From assembly GCA_963624615.1 (NCBI GenBank), contig CAVFQN010000166.1, positions 1 to 62,559 on the forward strand: a stretch of DNA of 62,559 bases, written 5' to 3'. The notes below the pieces were generated by a model. It saw only the letters and a program-made list of their open reading frames with translations. It was not told where the DNA came from and did not search any database. The position numbers and the translations under genes are program-made. The first letter of the stretch is position 1. Every line of letters begins with the position of its first letter. This DNA is from Treponemataceae bacterium (lineage in GTDB: Bacteria > Spirochaetota > Spirochaetia > Treponematales > Treponemataceae). Below are positions 9,580 to 18,437 of this stretch, in pieces.

Positions 9580-12070
9580 TTTTCAAAATCCTGCCGCCTT
9601 TCTTTTACTCATCACAATCCCCCTCATTTTTATTCTGCGAAAATTAAAAATTTTCAACAGGGTTTCTTTTCCTGCCGTTTTGGCGGACTGGCATGGCAAA
9701 CATTTTGTCTGGAAAGAAAAATCACAAAAATTCTTTTCCCTGCTGGCAAAAATCATTTTGATAATCGGTTATATTCTGGTCATAACAGCCCTGGCCGATC
9801 CCGTAATCTCCCACCAGGAAAAAATCTACACAAGTTCTGGAACTGACATTATTTTTCTGGTCGACACAAGCCCTTCCATGGCGGCAAAAGACGTAAATGG
9901 AGAAACGCGGCTTGAGGCGGCAAAAAAATCAATAAAAAGTCTGACACAAACTCACGACGGCTGCCGATTTGGAATTGTTGGGCTGGGAAGTAACGCTTCG
10001 GTTTTGGTTCCACCGACCGGAGATTTAACTTATTTTTCTGAAAAACTAGGCCAACTGCAGGTTGGAATTTTGGGAAATGGCTCTGCCATTGGAGATGGAC
10101 TGTCAACGGCAGTCTGCCACCTGGCTTCATCTTCCGCTCCAAAAAAATGTATTGTTTTGCTCACTGATGGGGAAAATAACGCCGGCGAAATCCACCCGGA
10201 AACGGCAGCAAAACTTGCTGCAGAAAGGAAAATTACGGTTTACATTGTTGGGCTGGGCTCAAAGGGAACTGTGCCGATTGAATACACCGACCCAATCACC
10301 GGAAAACTTTATTCCGGCTATCTGGATTCGGATTTCAACTCTGCTTCGCTGAAAAAAATTGCAGGTCTGGGAAATGGTCGCTATTTTGAAGTAAGAACGA
10401 TAGAAGACCTCGCCGCCACGCTATCAGCAATCTCAAAAATTGAAAAAGTAAGTCAAAATTATACATACAAAACTGTAAACAAAACTTATTACGATAAAGT
10501 GCTTTTTGTCGCCATTATTCTTTTTATCATCGCCTGGTTTATAAAAAGAATTATGCTCAAAGAAATGATTTGCTTTAAGTACAAAAAAATTCTCTGGGTT
10601 CGGAGCGGATTTTTGTCATTCTGCTTTATCATGCTGATTTTGGCCTACAAAGGGCTTTCCTGGGGAACTTATTTGCTGCCGGTTCAAAAAAATGGAAGTG
10701 CCGTTTCTATGGTTTTTGATATTTCAAATTCCATGCTGGCTAAAGATGGTCCTGGCGGAATTTCAAGGCTCAAGGCAGCCTCCATCTACGCAAAAAAACT
10801 TTTGTCCAAAATGAATGGCGTTTCAACTTCGGTTGTTTTGGCAAAAGGAGATGGTTTGGCGGCAATCCCGCTTACAGAAGACACCGCAATCATAGAATCT
10901 CTGCTGGACGTTATGAATCCTGGCTTGATGACTGTGCCGGGAACTAGCCTCGGAAAGGGAATTTTGAAGGCCAAAGAAACTTTTCCGACAAATTACGCTG
11001 CGGCAGGCAGGATTTGGGTCTTTACTGATGGAGAAGAAACTGACGGTCAGCTTGAAAATGCCTTTGCAGAATGTTTAAAATCCGGCATTCCTGTAACGGT
11101 TATCGGATTTGGAAAAGAGGTTGAAGCCCGGGTTCTTGCCGGTGATGGAAAAACTGAAGTTCTCACCGCCCTGCGTTCGGTCGAAATAAACAACGCAATT
11201 CAGTCGGCCAGCGAAAAATTTGCCATTTTTAAAAATCAGGCGGATATAAATTATATAAACTCAAGTGATAAAGGTTCGGCCATTTCGCTTTTAGCCCAAT
11301 TAAAAATGGGAGACCGGGAAAATTTTATCACATCATACGAAGCAAAACCTGTCCCACGTTACAAATTATTTTTACTTTTGGCAGTATTTTTCTTTATTTT
11401 GAGTTACGTAATCACAGAAATGGATTTTTCCAGATTTTTTACAAAAAAAACTAGAAAAAGTCTTGTGACAATCTGCTTTACCCTCGCAACCTGCACTGTA
11501 TTTTTGCCAGTTTTTTCCGGCTGTTCAAATAAGACCTGGGAAATTCTGGACGGAACTTACGCCTGGCACAAGAAAGATTACAGAAAAGCAGTTTCGCGTT
11601 TTATGGACGTAAAATCCCAGGCAGAAGAAAAGTCTGATACAGAGATTTTGGATTATTCGCTTTATGATTTGGGAACGGCTTATTTGATGATTGGGGAAGA
11701 TGAAGCCGCCCTGGAAAAATTTCTGGCACTTTCTGAAACAGCCCCACAAAATCTTAGGTATTCGGCATATTATAACGCTGGAATTGTAGCTCACAAAAAT
11801 CAGGATTACCAGGCCGCCAAAGAGTATTTTAGAAAAGCGATCGAAATAGATAATTCCAGGGTGGAAGCCAAAATCAATATGGAACTTTCAATGCAAATGG
11901 CAGAGAACAAGGTAAATCAGAACGAAAGCCAGGCTATTCCTGCCAGCCAACAGGAAAAATCACCTCCAGACATAGAAAATGCAATATTTCAGCACATAAA
12001 GGAGAATGACCAAAAACAATGGAAAAACAGCGAAACCAATCAGTCCCAAAATCTTGCAGAAGATTATTAA
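9572..12070 (+). CDS. Fused BatA-BatB-BatC-like protein (vWA-TM-vWA-TM-TPR)
   Basis: GGAGG RBS before ATG 9572; two MIDAS sets (DTSPS/LLTDGE and DISNS/VFTDGE); TPR repeats (YDLGTAY, YYNAGI). Confidence 0.82.
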   Translation: MPDFQNPAAFLLLITIPLIFILRKLKIFNRVSFPAVLADWHGKHFVWKEKSQKFFSLLAKIILIIGYILVITALADPVISHQEKIYTSSGTDIIFLVDTSPSMAAKDVNGETRLEAAKKSIKSLTQTHDGCRFGIVGLGSNASVLVPPTGDLTYFSEKLGQLQVGILGNGSAIGDGLSTAVCHLASSSAPKKCIVLLTDGENNAGEIHPETAAKLAAERKITVYIVGLGSKGTVPIEYTDPITGKLYSGYLDSDFNSASLKKIAGLGNGRYFEVRTIEDLAATLSAISKIEKVSQNYTYKTVNKTYYDKVLFVAIILFIIAWFIKRIMLKEMICFKYKKILWVRSGFLSFCFIMLILAYKGLSWGTYLLPVQKNGSAVSMVFDISNSMLAKDGPGGISRLKAASIYAKKLLSKMNGVSTSVVLAKGDGLAAIPLTEDTAIIESLLDVMNPGLMTVPGTSLGKGILKAKETFPTNYAAAGRIWVFTDGEETDGQLENAFAECLKSGIPVTVIGFGKEVEARVLAGDGKTEVLTALRSVEINNAIQSASEKFAIFKNQADINYINSSDKGSAISLLAQLKMGDRENFITSYEAKPVPRYKLFLLLAVFFFILSYVITEMDFSRFFTKKTRKSLVTICFTLATCTVFLPVFSGCSNKTWEILDGTYAWHKKDYRKAVSRFMDVKSQAEEKSDTEILDYSLYDLGTAYLMIGEDEAALEKFLALSETAPQNLRYSAYYNAGIVAHKNQDYQAAKEYFRKAIEIDNSRVEAKINMELSMQMAENKVNQNESQAIPASQQEKSPPDIENAIFQHIKENDQKQWKNSETNQSQNLAEDY

Positions 12071-13419
12071 ATTTTCTCATTTTTTTCACAGCAACGGTCT
12101 TTTTTTCCCAAGGATTATTCTCTCAAACTTTAACTGCGGCGGAAATCAGCCAACTTTCTTTTGTCCCGGCAGAAAATCAGGAAAAATTTACAAAAACTGA
12201 CCTGAAATTTGAGGTAAATATTCCAAAAATCAAAGCGTCAAAAATCCAAATTTTGTCAAACAATCTTCCTGCCAACGTGACTTTTAAAACTGTAAGGAAA
12301 ATTCAGGATTATGAAAATGAAGGAACGAAAATTGAAATCTGGTATTCTTTTGAAAAAGCTGGTAATTATCAACTTCCCCCGCTCCCCCTCATGATTCAGA
12401 ACAAAAAACGAAATATCAAATTTCAAAAAATCACTGTGACGGACGATCCTTCAAAACAACAGCCAAAAATGGTTGTGATTTTTGATAAGGGCTTCAAAGT
12501 GACTTCAAGCGACGGTGCAAATCCCCAAACTGCTTTTTCGGCAAGGGTTGGGGAAAAATTAAAATTTACGGTTTATCTTCAATATTCTGCCCAGCTGGTT
12601 CAGTTCACCTGGGACCTTCCAAAAGACTCCATTTTTACCCAGACAAAAACTTTTGAAATTACAGAAGTAAAATACCGCGAAAAAAATTACAGCCACGATT
12701 TAATCCCGGTTGCAAAATTTGAATGGACAGGACTTAAAACAGGAATCCAGGAAATGCCAAAGATCAAAATTACAGCAACTGGCTACAACGGTTACAGAAA
12801 CGAACTTTTGCTTCCAGCCGTAAAAATTAATTTTGTGGTGGGTCAGGCTAATCAGCAAAATTCTGATGATAAAACTTTTTCTGCCGCATTTTCCCAAAAT
12901 CCGAGGGAAGGTGGTGGGAAAAAATCGCCAGAAATCACAGAAGAAATTTGCCAGAAACTTGCCGATCTTTATTCCCAGGAAAGAAGGGCTGTTTTCAATT
13001 ATAAGGCAATCAGAAAAGAAAGAATTGATTTGGAAACTTCCCTAGGAATTCCTTCTACGACTAGTGATGATTTTTCCATGCACTGGCTTTTAATTTCGAT
13101 TGGGCTGGCAGGCGTTTTTCTGGTATTTTTTATCATCTGCTTAAAAAAGCACCATTTTATCCGGATTTTGATTTTTGGAAGTCTGCTTTTGCTGGCCATT
13201 GTTTCAATTTTGTATTCTGTCGGGGTAAGGTCGCACACTTATGGAATTTGCAAAGGCTGCAGTATTTCTTCGGTTCCTGAAGATTCTGCCCTGGCCGTTT
13301 CGGAAATAAAGGCCGGGAACAGAGTTGAAATCACAGAAAAAGCCGGAAACTGGTATTACATAGAACTGGGCCAGATTGGTGGCTGGGGATTGAAAGATAA
13401 TATCATTTTAATAAAATAA
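12019..13419 (+). CDS. BatD/BatE-like protein with C-terminal SH3b-like domain
   Basis: Signal peptide, Ig-like repeats, two TMs, GNRVEITEKAGNWYYIE...GWG SH3-like end. Confidence 0.65.
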   Translation: MEKQRNQSVPKSCRRLLNFLIFFTATVFFSQGLFSQTLTAAEISQLSFVPAENQEKFTKTDLKFEVNIPKIKASKIQILSNNLPANVTFKTVRKIQDYENEGTKIEIWYSFEKAGNYQLPPLPLMIQNKKRNIKFQKITVTDDPSKQQPKMVVIFDKGFKVTSSDGANPQTAFSARVGEKLKFTVYLQYSAQLVQFTWDLPKDSIFTQTKTFEITEVKYREKNYSHDLIPVAKFEWTGLKTGIQEMPKIKITATGYNGYRNELLLPAVKINFVVGQANQQNSDDKTFSAAFSQNPREGGGKKSPEITEEICQKLADLYSQERRAVFNYKAIRKERIDLETSLGIPSTTSDDFSMHWLLISIGLAGVFLVFFIICLKKHHFIRILIFGSLLLLAIVSILYSVGVRSHTYGICKGCSISSVPEDSALAVSEIKAGNRVEITEKAGNWYYIELGQIGGWGLKDNIILIK

Positions 13420-13449
13420 AATTTCAAGATAATTTTTCGAGGTGACGTT

Positions 13450-14016
13450 ATGGATATGGGTGATATTTTAGCACAGTGGGATAATCTTCAAGCTGATAAA
13501 GTCCGCAAGCAAAAAGAAAGTGGCAAAAATACTGTTTCGCATAAAAAAGCAAATGCTCCTACCCCCGAAGAAAAAGCCCTGGCAGCAGAAAAAGATTTTG
13601 AAGCAAAACTCAAAGCCGAAAATTCAAAAGAAATAAATCCTATGGAATTGTGGTTAAGACGTTACGGCACGATTGATAAAGACAAAATCGCAGAAGAGCA
13701 ATACGAACTCACAAAAGAGCAAGATAGAAATTACCTGCTCAATATGAAGCCCGAAGCCCGCCTGGATTTGCATGGCCTCCACCAGGACGAAGCCCAAGTC
13801 CGCCTGAATGCTTTTATCACCGACTGCTGTCGCCACTGTCTACGCAAAGTTCTCATCATCCACGGAAAAGGAATACATACAACAGGCACAGATCCCGTTT
13901 TGGGCCAACTCGTAAGAAAATTCATAGAAAACGACAAACGCTGCGGAACATCCGGCCATCCCAAAACAAAGCAGGAAGGCGGCAGTGGTGCGACCTGGGT
14001 TATTTTGAAAGGTTAA
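13450..14016 (+). CDS. Smr domain protein
   Basis: LDLHGL, IIHGKG and GGSGATWV motifs; GAGG RBS. Confidence 0.9.
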   Translation: MDMGDILAQWDNLQADKVRKQKESGKNTVSHKKANAPTPEEKALAAEKDFEAKLKAENSKEINPMELWLRRYGTIDKDKIAEEQYELTKEQDRNYLLNMKPEARLDLHGLHQDEAQVRLNAFITDCCRHCLRKVLIIHGKGIHTTGTDPVLGQLVRKFIENDKRCGTSGHPKTKQEGGSGATWVILKG

Positions 14017-14029
14017 CTGATTAAATTAA

Positions 14030-14073
14030 GGGTATCTCTGAAAAATCATCTTCGATGCTTTTTCAGAGATACC
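14030..14073. repeat. Palindromic repeat family copy (module D) between convergent genes
   Basis: GGTATCTCTGAAAAA-N13-TTTTTCAGAGATACC, a perfect 15-bp inverted repeat. Confidence 0.85.
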
Positions 14074-14075
14074 AT

Positions 14076-15308
14076 TTACCACAAAGTCAACATAGCCGAC
14101 AATGGCAAATGATCCGAATACCCCTCCCCACTGTAAACCCGGTATGCGTTGGGAATAGAGTTTTTCCCAGCCCATGGATTTTCCGCTTTAGGCCCAAAAG
14201 CCGAAATCATAACATTTCCCGTCACAAAAATATGGTCAATTCGTTCCCAGGAATTTTCGTAGTAATAACTGCCAATTTCGGTCGCAAAAGAACCGGAATC
14301 ATAAAACCAGGGAGAATAGGCTCGTAAAAGCCGGCCATTTTCGCCCCGGAAGATTGTGTTTGAGGATTTTGGGGACGTGGAAGTGGGAGTGGATGGAGAA
14401 GCGGAGGAGCGGGAAGACGATGCGGTGCGGGAATGGTGTGCCCCGGAGTGAGGATTGTCCGCCTCGGAGTGGGAACTGCCATCCCCGGTGTCAAAATCCC
14501 CGACCCCAGTGCCAATCGCACTCTCGGAAGGCAAATACCCCGTCCTGGTGTACAAATTCCTACCTTCAGTGCCAAAATCCCCCTCAAACTCACACACAAA
14601 CTCCCCCGCATCCCGATTAAAATCTCCACACATCACCACGGCAAAATTCTCACCCGCAGACCTTTCCTGCAATTCCAAAACCCGATTCGTCAGCAGATTT
14701 TCCTGCCAGTCCCGCCAAATTTCACTGGCTTCCTGGCCCCCAGACTTAGACTTCCAATGATTTACAAAAATAACCAGATTTTTCCCATTCACGTCCGCCG
14801 TAACCTGAATCACAGGCCTCGTAGATGGCTGTTCTTCCCCATGCGACAGAATTTTCATCGAATGTAATTTCATATCTTTTAATTCAAACCGCGAAAAAAC
14901 CGCACAGCCAATTGCAGCCCCATTTTCCTTTGCAAAACAAGCGTAAGACCAGGCCTTAGAATTATCCCAAGCCCCACCAGCAAGCTGATTCGCAATATCC
15001 TGGACGACAGCCGCATTTTCAATTTCTTCAAGCACAATAATATCCGCATTAAGAGAAGTCATAATCTCACAAAGTCTGGAAAGCCGCACCAAATATTTAT
15101 CTTTTGACCACTTAGCCAGATTTTGATAATCAGAATATTCAGTCCCCTCAATCTCCGCATCAAAAAAAGTCTGAGCATTCCAGCAGGCAAGCGAAATACT
15201 CTGCCGATCGCAATTCTCCTTTCCCCCATCAGAATTCTTCAGACTCAAATTACAGGCACAAAGCCCGCCCCAAATAAAGCCAATCATAATCAAAAAAATT
15301 TTCTTCAT
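14076..15308 (-). CDS. Endonuclease/exonuclease/phosphatase (EEP) family lipoprotein with a low-complexity insertion
   Basis: WNAQTFFD, LEEIEN, VNHWKSK, CGDFN, IDHIF and SDHLP motifs; AAAGGAG RBS before ATG 15308. Confidence 0.88.
   Translation of the reverse strand: MKKIFLIMIGFIWGGLCACNLSLKNSDGGKENCDRQSISLACWNAQTFFDAEIEGTEYSDYQNLAKWSKDKYLVRLSRLCEIMTSLNADIIVLEEIENAAVVQDIANQLAGGAWDNSKAWSYACFAKENGAAIGCAVFSRFELKDMKLHSMKILSHGEEQPSTRPVIQVTADVNGKNLVIFVNHWKSKSGGQEASEIWRDWQENLLTNRVLELQERSAGENFAVVMCGDFNRDAGEFVCEFEGDFGTEGRNLYTRTGYLPSESAIGTGVGDFDTGDGSSHSEADNPHSGAHHSRTASSSRSSASPSTPTSTSPKSSNTIFRGENGRLLRAYSPWFYDSGSFATEIGSYYYENSWERIDHIFVTGNVMISAFGPKAENPWAGKNSIPNAYRVYSGEGYSDHLPLSAMLTLW
14356..14590 (-). repeat. 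In-frame GC-rich degenerate repeat insertion in the EEP gene
   Basis: About 75 aa (GDFGTEG...GDFDTGD...SSRSSASPSTPTSTSP) between the GDFN and SPW segments; shares 15-20-mers with the metH insertion. Confidence 0.75.
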
Positions 15309-15395
15309 AAAAACTCCTTTATTTAGTAATAGCCACAGAATGCGTTTTTTACCAAAAATTTGGATTTTTTTTGAAATTTTTGTATTTTTTTGGTA

Positions 15396-15560
15396 AGGAG
15401 GGGAAAGCCTTCCCCTGCCTATAATCGAAAATTCGTTAAAAACAGAGCGCGCCAGCGGTCTGTTTAGGATTATCGAAAAAACGGCTCGAACCAAGATTTA
15501 TCGAAGTTCCACCCCCCCTCTGCGGGCCTCAAATTCCAGTCCGCAACGCCCGTTTTCCTT
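15396..15560 (-). repeat. GC-rich REP-like element ending in a 23-bp hairpin shared with 25921-25943
   Basis: 15396-15418 is the exact reverse complement of GCAGGGGAAGGCTTTCCCCTCCT. Confidence 0.65.
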
Positions 15561-15673
15561 TCCCCACCATCACCCCATCTCCCTACACTATCTCCCACCC
15601 CACTCTCCTACATCTCCCACCCAAATCCCCCTACAGGTTTTCAATAATGGCGATTTCTGATAAAACTATACTT

Positions 15674-17272
15674 ATGATTAAACGGGCCCTTATCCATGTT
15701 GAAAATACAGAAAACCTTTTGGATTTTACAAACTATCTTTCATCAGCTGGCTGGACAATTCTTTCTGCCAACAAAACTGAAGATTTACTTAAAAAAGAAA
15801 AAATCCCGGTCGTCCACGAAGGCGCTTTAATTGAAAACAATCTTTATTTAAATGATATGTCTCTATTAATCCACAGAATTTTACGCTCAAAATATGAACA
15901 TCCGGATTCATCTTTTTCACAAAACGATAATGAAGATAATATTTTCATCGTCTGCATGAATATAAATCCTGATATGAACATGGGCATTTTGACAAAAAAT
16001 TTTGGTTCACAAATCCGCCCTGCAAATTTTTTATTTACCACTATCATCAGAAATTCTTTTTTTAATTACGAAAATATTTTACTTTTGACTGACCCATCTG
16101 ATTACAAAGAAGCCATGATTCAGCTCAAAACCGACAGTATCACAAAAGAATTCAGAACTTATCTTGCCGGCAAAGCTTTGAATATGATTTCGGCTTATGA
16201 TGCAGGTTTGGCAGCTTCTATCCTCCAGAACAAGCAATACGGTCTGCAATTTATGAATTATCTGATGTATCCCTATAAAAAAACAATGCATCTTCAAGGG
16301 GGGGCAAATCCCCAGCAAATCGGATTTTTGTACAAATCACCAAGTAATACAGGAGCTCTAAACGGATTTTTAAAGGTTCAGGGGAAGGAACTGACTTACA
16401 ATATTATTTCGGACATTTCTTTTGCCTGGGAAAAAATCTCCCTGCTCTACGAGATCCTCAAAACCCAGTACACAGTAAAAAGTACAAACTGCGATGGCTA
16501 TGATTTTACCACCCAGTTCACCCCACTCACCGGCACAGTTTTCACAATCGCCGTAAAATTCAGCTCGATTATAGGGGCAGCCCTTTCTACAAATGTTCTG
16601 GATTCATTCAAAAATACTTACACCTACGACACCCAGAATATCACAGACGCGGTTTTGGCCTGTTCTGCTGTAATTGACGCATCCGCCGCCCAGGAAATCA
16701 TAAAAGGCTCTTTCGCAGCCCTTGTTGCCCCAGGTTTTACCTCAGAGGCAAAAGAAATTCTCTCTTTGAACAAAAATATCAGGCTGATTCCATCTTCCAA
16801 GGTTTCAAATATCAACTTGGATGGCAAACTCATAAACGGCGGAATTTTGATTCAAACCCGCGACACAGAACTTTTTACCCACTGGCACGTAAAAACCAAA
16901 AACCGTCCATCTCAATTCCAAACTGATGAAATGGCTTTTGGTATGCTTCTTGCTATGGGAGCCAGATCTTATTCATCAGTTTTGTTGAAAAACAATGCAA
17001 TTGTGGCAATGGCACAGGGAAATACATCACCAAACAGGGCACTTTCCCTTGTTTACGAAAATGCTAAACTTAAAGACCTGAATTCTTTTGGTGATGTTCT
17101 TGTTTGTGATTCAGAAATTCAATTTGATCAGTCTGTAAAAAATCTGATAGACGCCGGAGTTACAGCAATTATTCAAACAGGCGGAACTCCTGCCGATAAT
17201 GAATTTATTAATTATTGTGATGAAAGGGGAATTGTCATGGTTTTTACAGATATGACACACATCTCCTTTTAA
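15674..17272 (+). CDS. PurH (IMP cyclohydrolase/AICAR transformylase)-like protein with degenerate catalytic motifs
   Basis: Colinear with PurH (IKRALI, TDPSDY, AYDA, GANPQQ, QGKELTYN, AIIQTGG, MVFT), but STGGT, GRVKTLHP, IDIGG, KH and RHFRH are substituted. Confidence 0.8.
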   Translation: MIKRALIHVENTENLLDFTNYLSSAGWTILSANKTEDLLKKEKIPVVHEGALIENNLYLNDMSLLIHRILRSKYEHPDSSFSQNDNEDNIFIVCMNINPDMNMGILTKNFGSQIRPANFLFTTIIRNSFFNYENILLLTDPSDYKEAMIQLKTDSITKEFRTYLAGKALNMISAYDAGLAASILQNKQYGLQFMNYLMYPYKKTMHLQGGANPQQIGFLYKSPSNTGALNGFLKVQGKELTYNIISDISFAWEKISLLYEILKTQYTVKSTNCDGYDFTTQFTPLTGTVFTIAVKFSSIIGAALSTNVLDSFKNTYTYDTQNITDAVLACSAVIDASAAQEIIKGSFAALVAPGFTSEAKEILSLNKNIRLIPSSKVSNINLDGKLINGGILIQTRDTELFTHWHVKTKNRPSQFQTDEMAFGMLLAMGARSYSSVLLKNNAIVAMAQGNTSPNRALSLVYENAKLKDLNSFGDVLVCDSEIQFDQSVKNLIDAGVTAIIQTGGTPADNEFINYCDERGIVMVFTDMTHISF

Positions 17273-17297
17273 AAAATGACATAATACGAGGAAAAAA

Positions 17298-18374
17298 ATG
17301 CTTTTCTATCTTGGACAATACTTACAAACTATCTGGGGACCTGCCCGACTTTTAAACTCTTACGCAGTTCTTATCACACTTGCCCTTTATCTGGGATTTT
17401 TCCTGGCTTTTAAACTGATTCCGAAATTTTACAACTGGCTGCCCCACGACCGCGGCCGCGAATTTACCATAAAAGAAAATGCGGAAGCCGCGAAGGGAAA
17501 GCCGACAGGAGCAGGCTGTGTTTTTATCACAATTTTTGTTCTTGTCACTTTTTTGATTTGTCCTATGAATTGGACTCGGGCGTCAATCGTTTTGCTGACC
17601 TGGGTTACAATGCTGACTGGTTTTTTGGATGACCGCAGTACAAATTCCTGGGGCGAATATTTAAAAGGTGCTTTAGATTTGGCAATCAGTGTGATTACCG
17701 CCTTTATTTTGTATTACGGTGCAAAAAAACTTTCCCCAGACGGTCTGGTAAAATTCTGGCTGCCATTTTTGTCCCACGAAGTTGTAGTAAATCCAATTGT
17801 TTACATCATCATCACGACCGTTATGCTTTGGGCCTCCATCAACACAACAAACTGCACAGATGGTGTGGACGGGCTTTCATCAACCTTGGTTTTGCTTGCT
17901 CTTTTGACTCTGGGAATTTTATTTTACTTTATTCTGGGGCACAAGGATATTTCGGCTTATCTTCTTTTGCCTCACCTGAAATCCGGAGCAAACTGGGGAA
18001 TGATGGCCTTTACTATGGCTGGCGTTGTAATGGGCTATTTGTGGCACAACGCTTATCCCAGCCACTGTCTGATGGGCGATGCCGGTAGCCGGGCTTTGGG
18101 ATATTTTATCGGTGTTTGTGTTATGGTAAGTGGCAACCCATTTATCATTCTGGCAACCTCTTCCATCATTTTTGTAAACGGTGGTATGGGACTTTTAAAA
18201 GTTGCTCTCCTCCGCTTTTTTAAGATTAAGATTTTTGAAAATATCAGATTTCCACTCCACGATCATATGCGAAAAAACAAAGGCTGGTCTCCAACCCAGG
18301 TTTTGCTCAAATTTATGATTATGCAGATTTTGATTACCTGTGCCCTCATGGGAATTTTCCTGAAAATCAGATAG
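17298..18374 (+). CDS. mraY: Phospho-N-acetylmuramoyl-pentapeptide transferase
   Basis: KGKPTGAG, GFLDD, NCTDGVDGL, MGDAGS and PLHDH motifs; multi-TM. Confidence 0.9.
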   Translation: MLFYLGQYLQTIWGPARLLNSYAVLITLALYLGFFLAFKLIPKFYNWLPHDRGREFTIKENAEAAKGKPTGAGCVFITIFVLVTFLICPMNWTRASIVLLTWVTMLTGFLDDRSTNSWGEYLKGALDLAISVITAFILYYGAKKLSPDGLVKFWLPFLSHEVVVNPIVYIIITTVMLWASINTTNCTDGVDGLSSTLVLLALLTLGILFYFILGHKDISAYLLLPHLKSGANWGMMAFTMAGVVMGYLWHNAYPSHCLMGDAGSRALGYFIGVCVMVSGNPFIILATSSIIFVNGGMGLLKVALLRFFKIKIFENIRFPLHDHMRKNKGWSPTQVLLKFMIMQILITCALMGIFLKIR

Positions 18375-18385
18375 AATGGCAAAAA

Positions 18386-18419
18386 TTACCTTTAAAAATT
18401 GCAATTTTTAGAGGGTCCC
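18386..18419 (-). repeat. Palindromic repeat family copy (module A)
   Basis: TTACCTTTAAAAATTGCAATTTTTAGAGGGTCCC. Confidence 0.8.
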
Positions 18420-18437
18420 TAAAAGGAACGAAAAAAA

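Noticed and set aside
14222..14867. Several overlapping ORFs across the EEP insertion
   Set aside because: They are a by-product of the stop-poor, GC-rich repeat insertion
15674..17272. purH-like gene as a pseudogene
   Set aside because: No frameshift or internal stop over 532 codons despite deep divergence, so it is treated as a retained pseudo-enzyme
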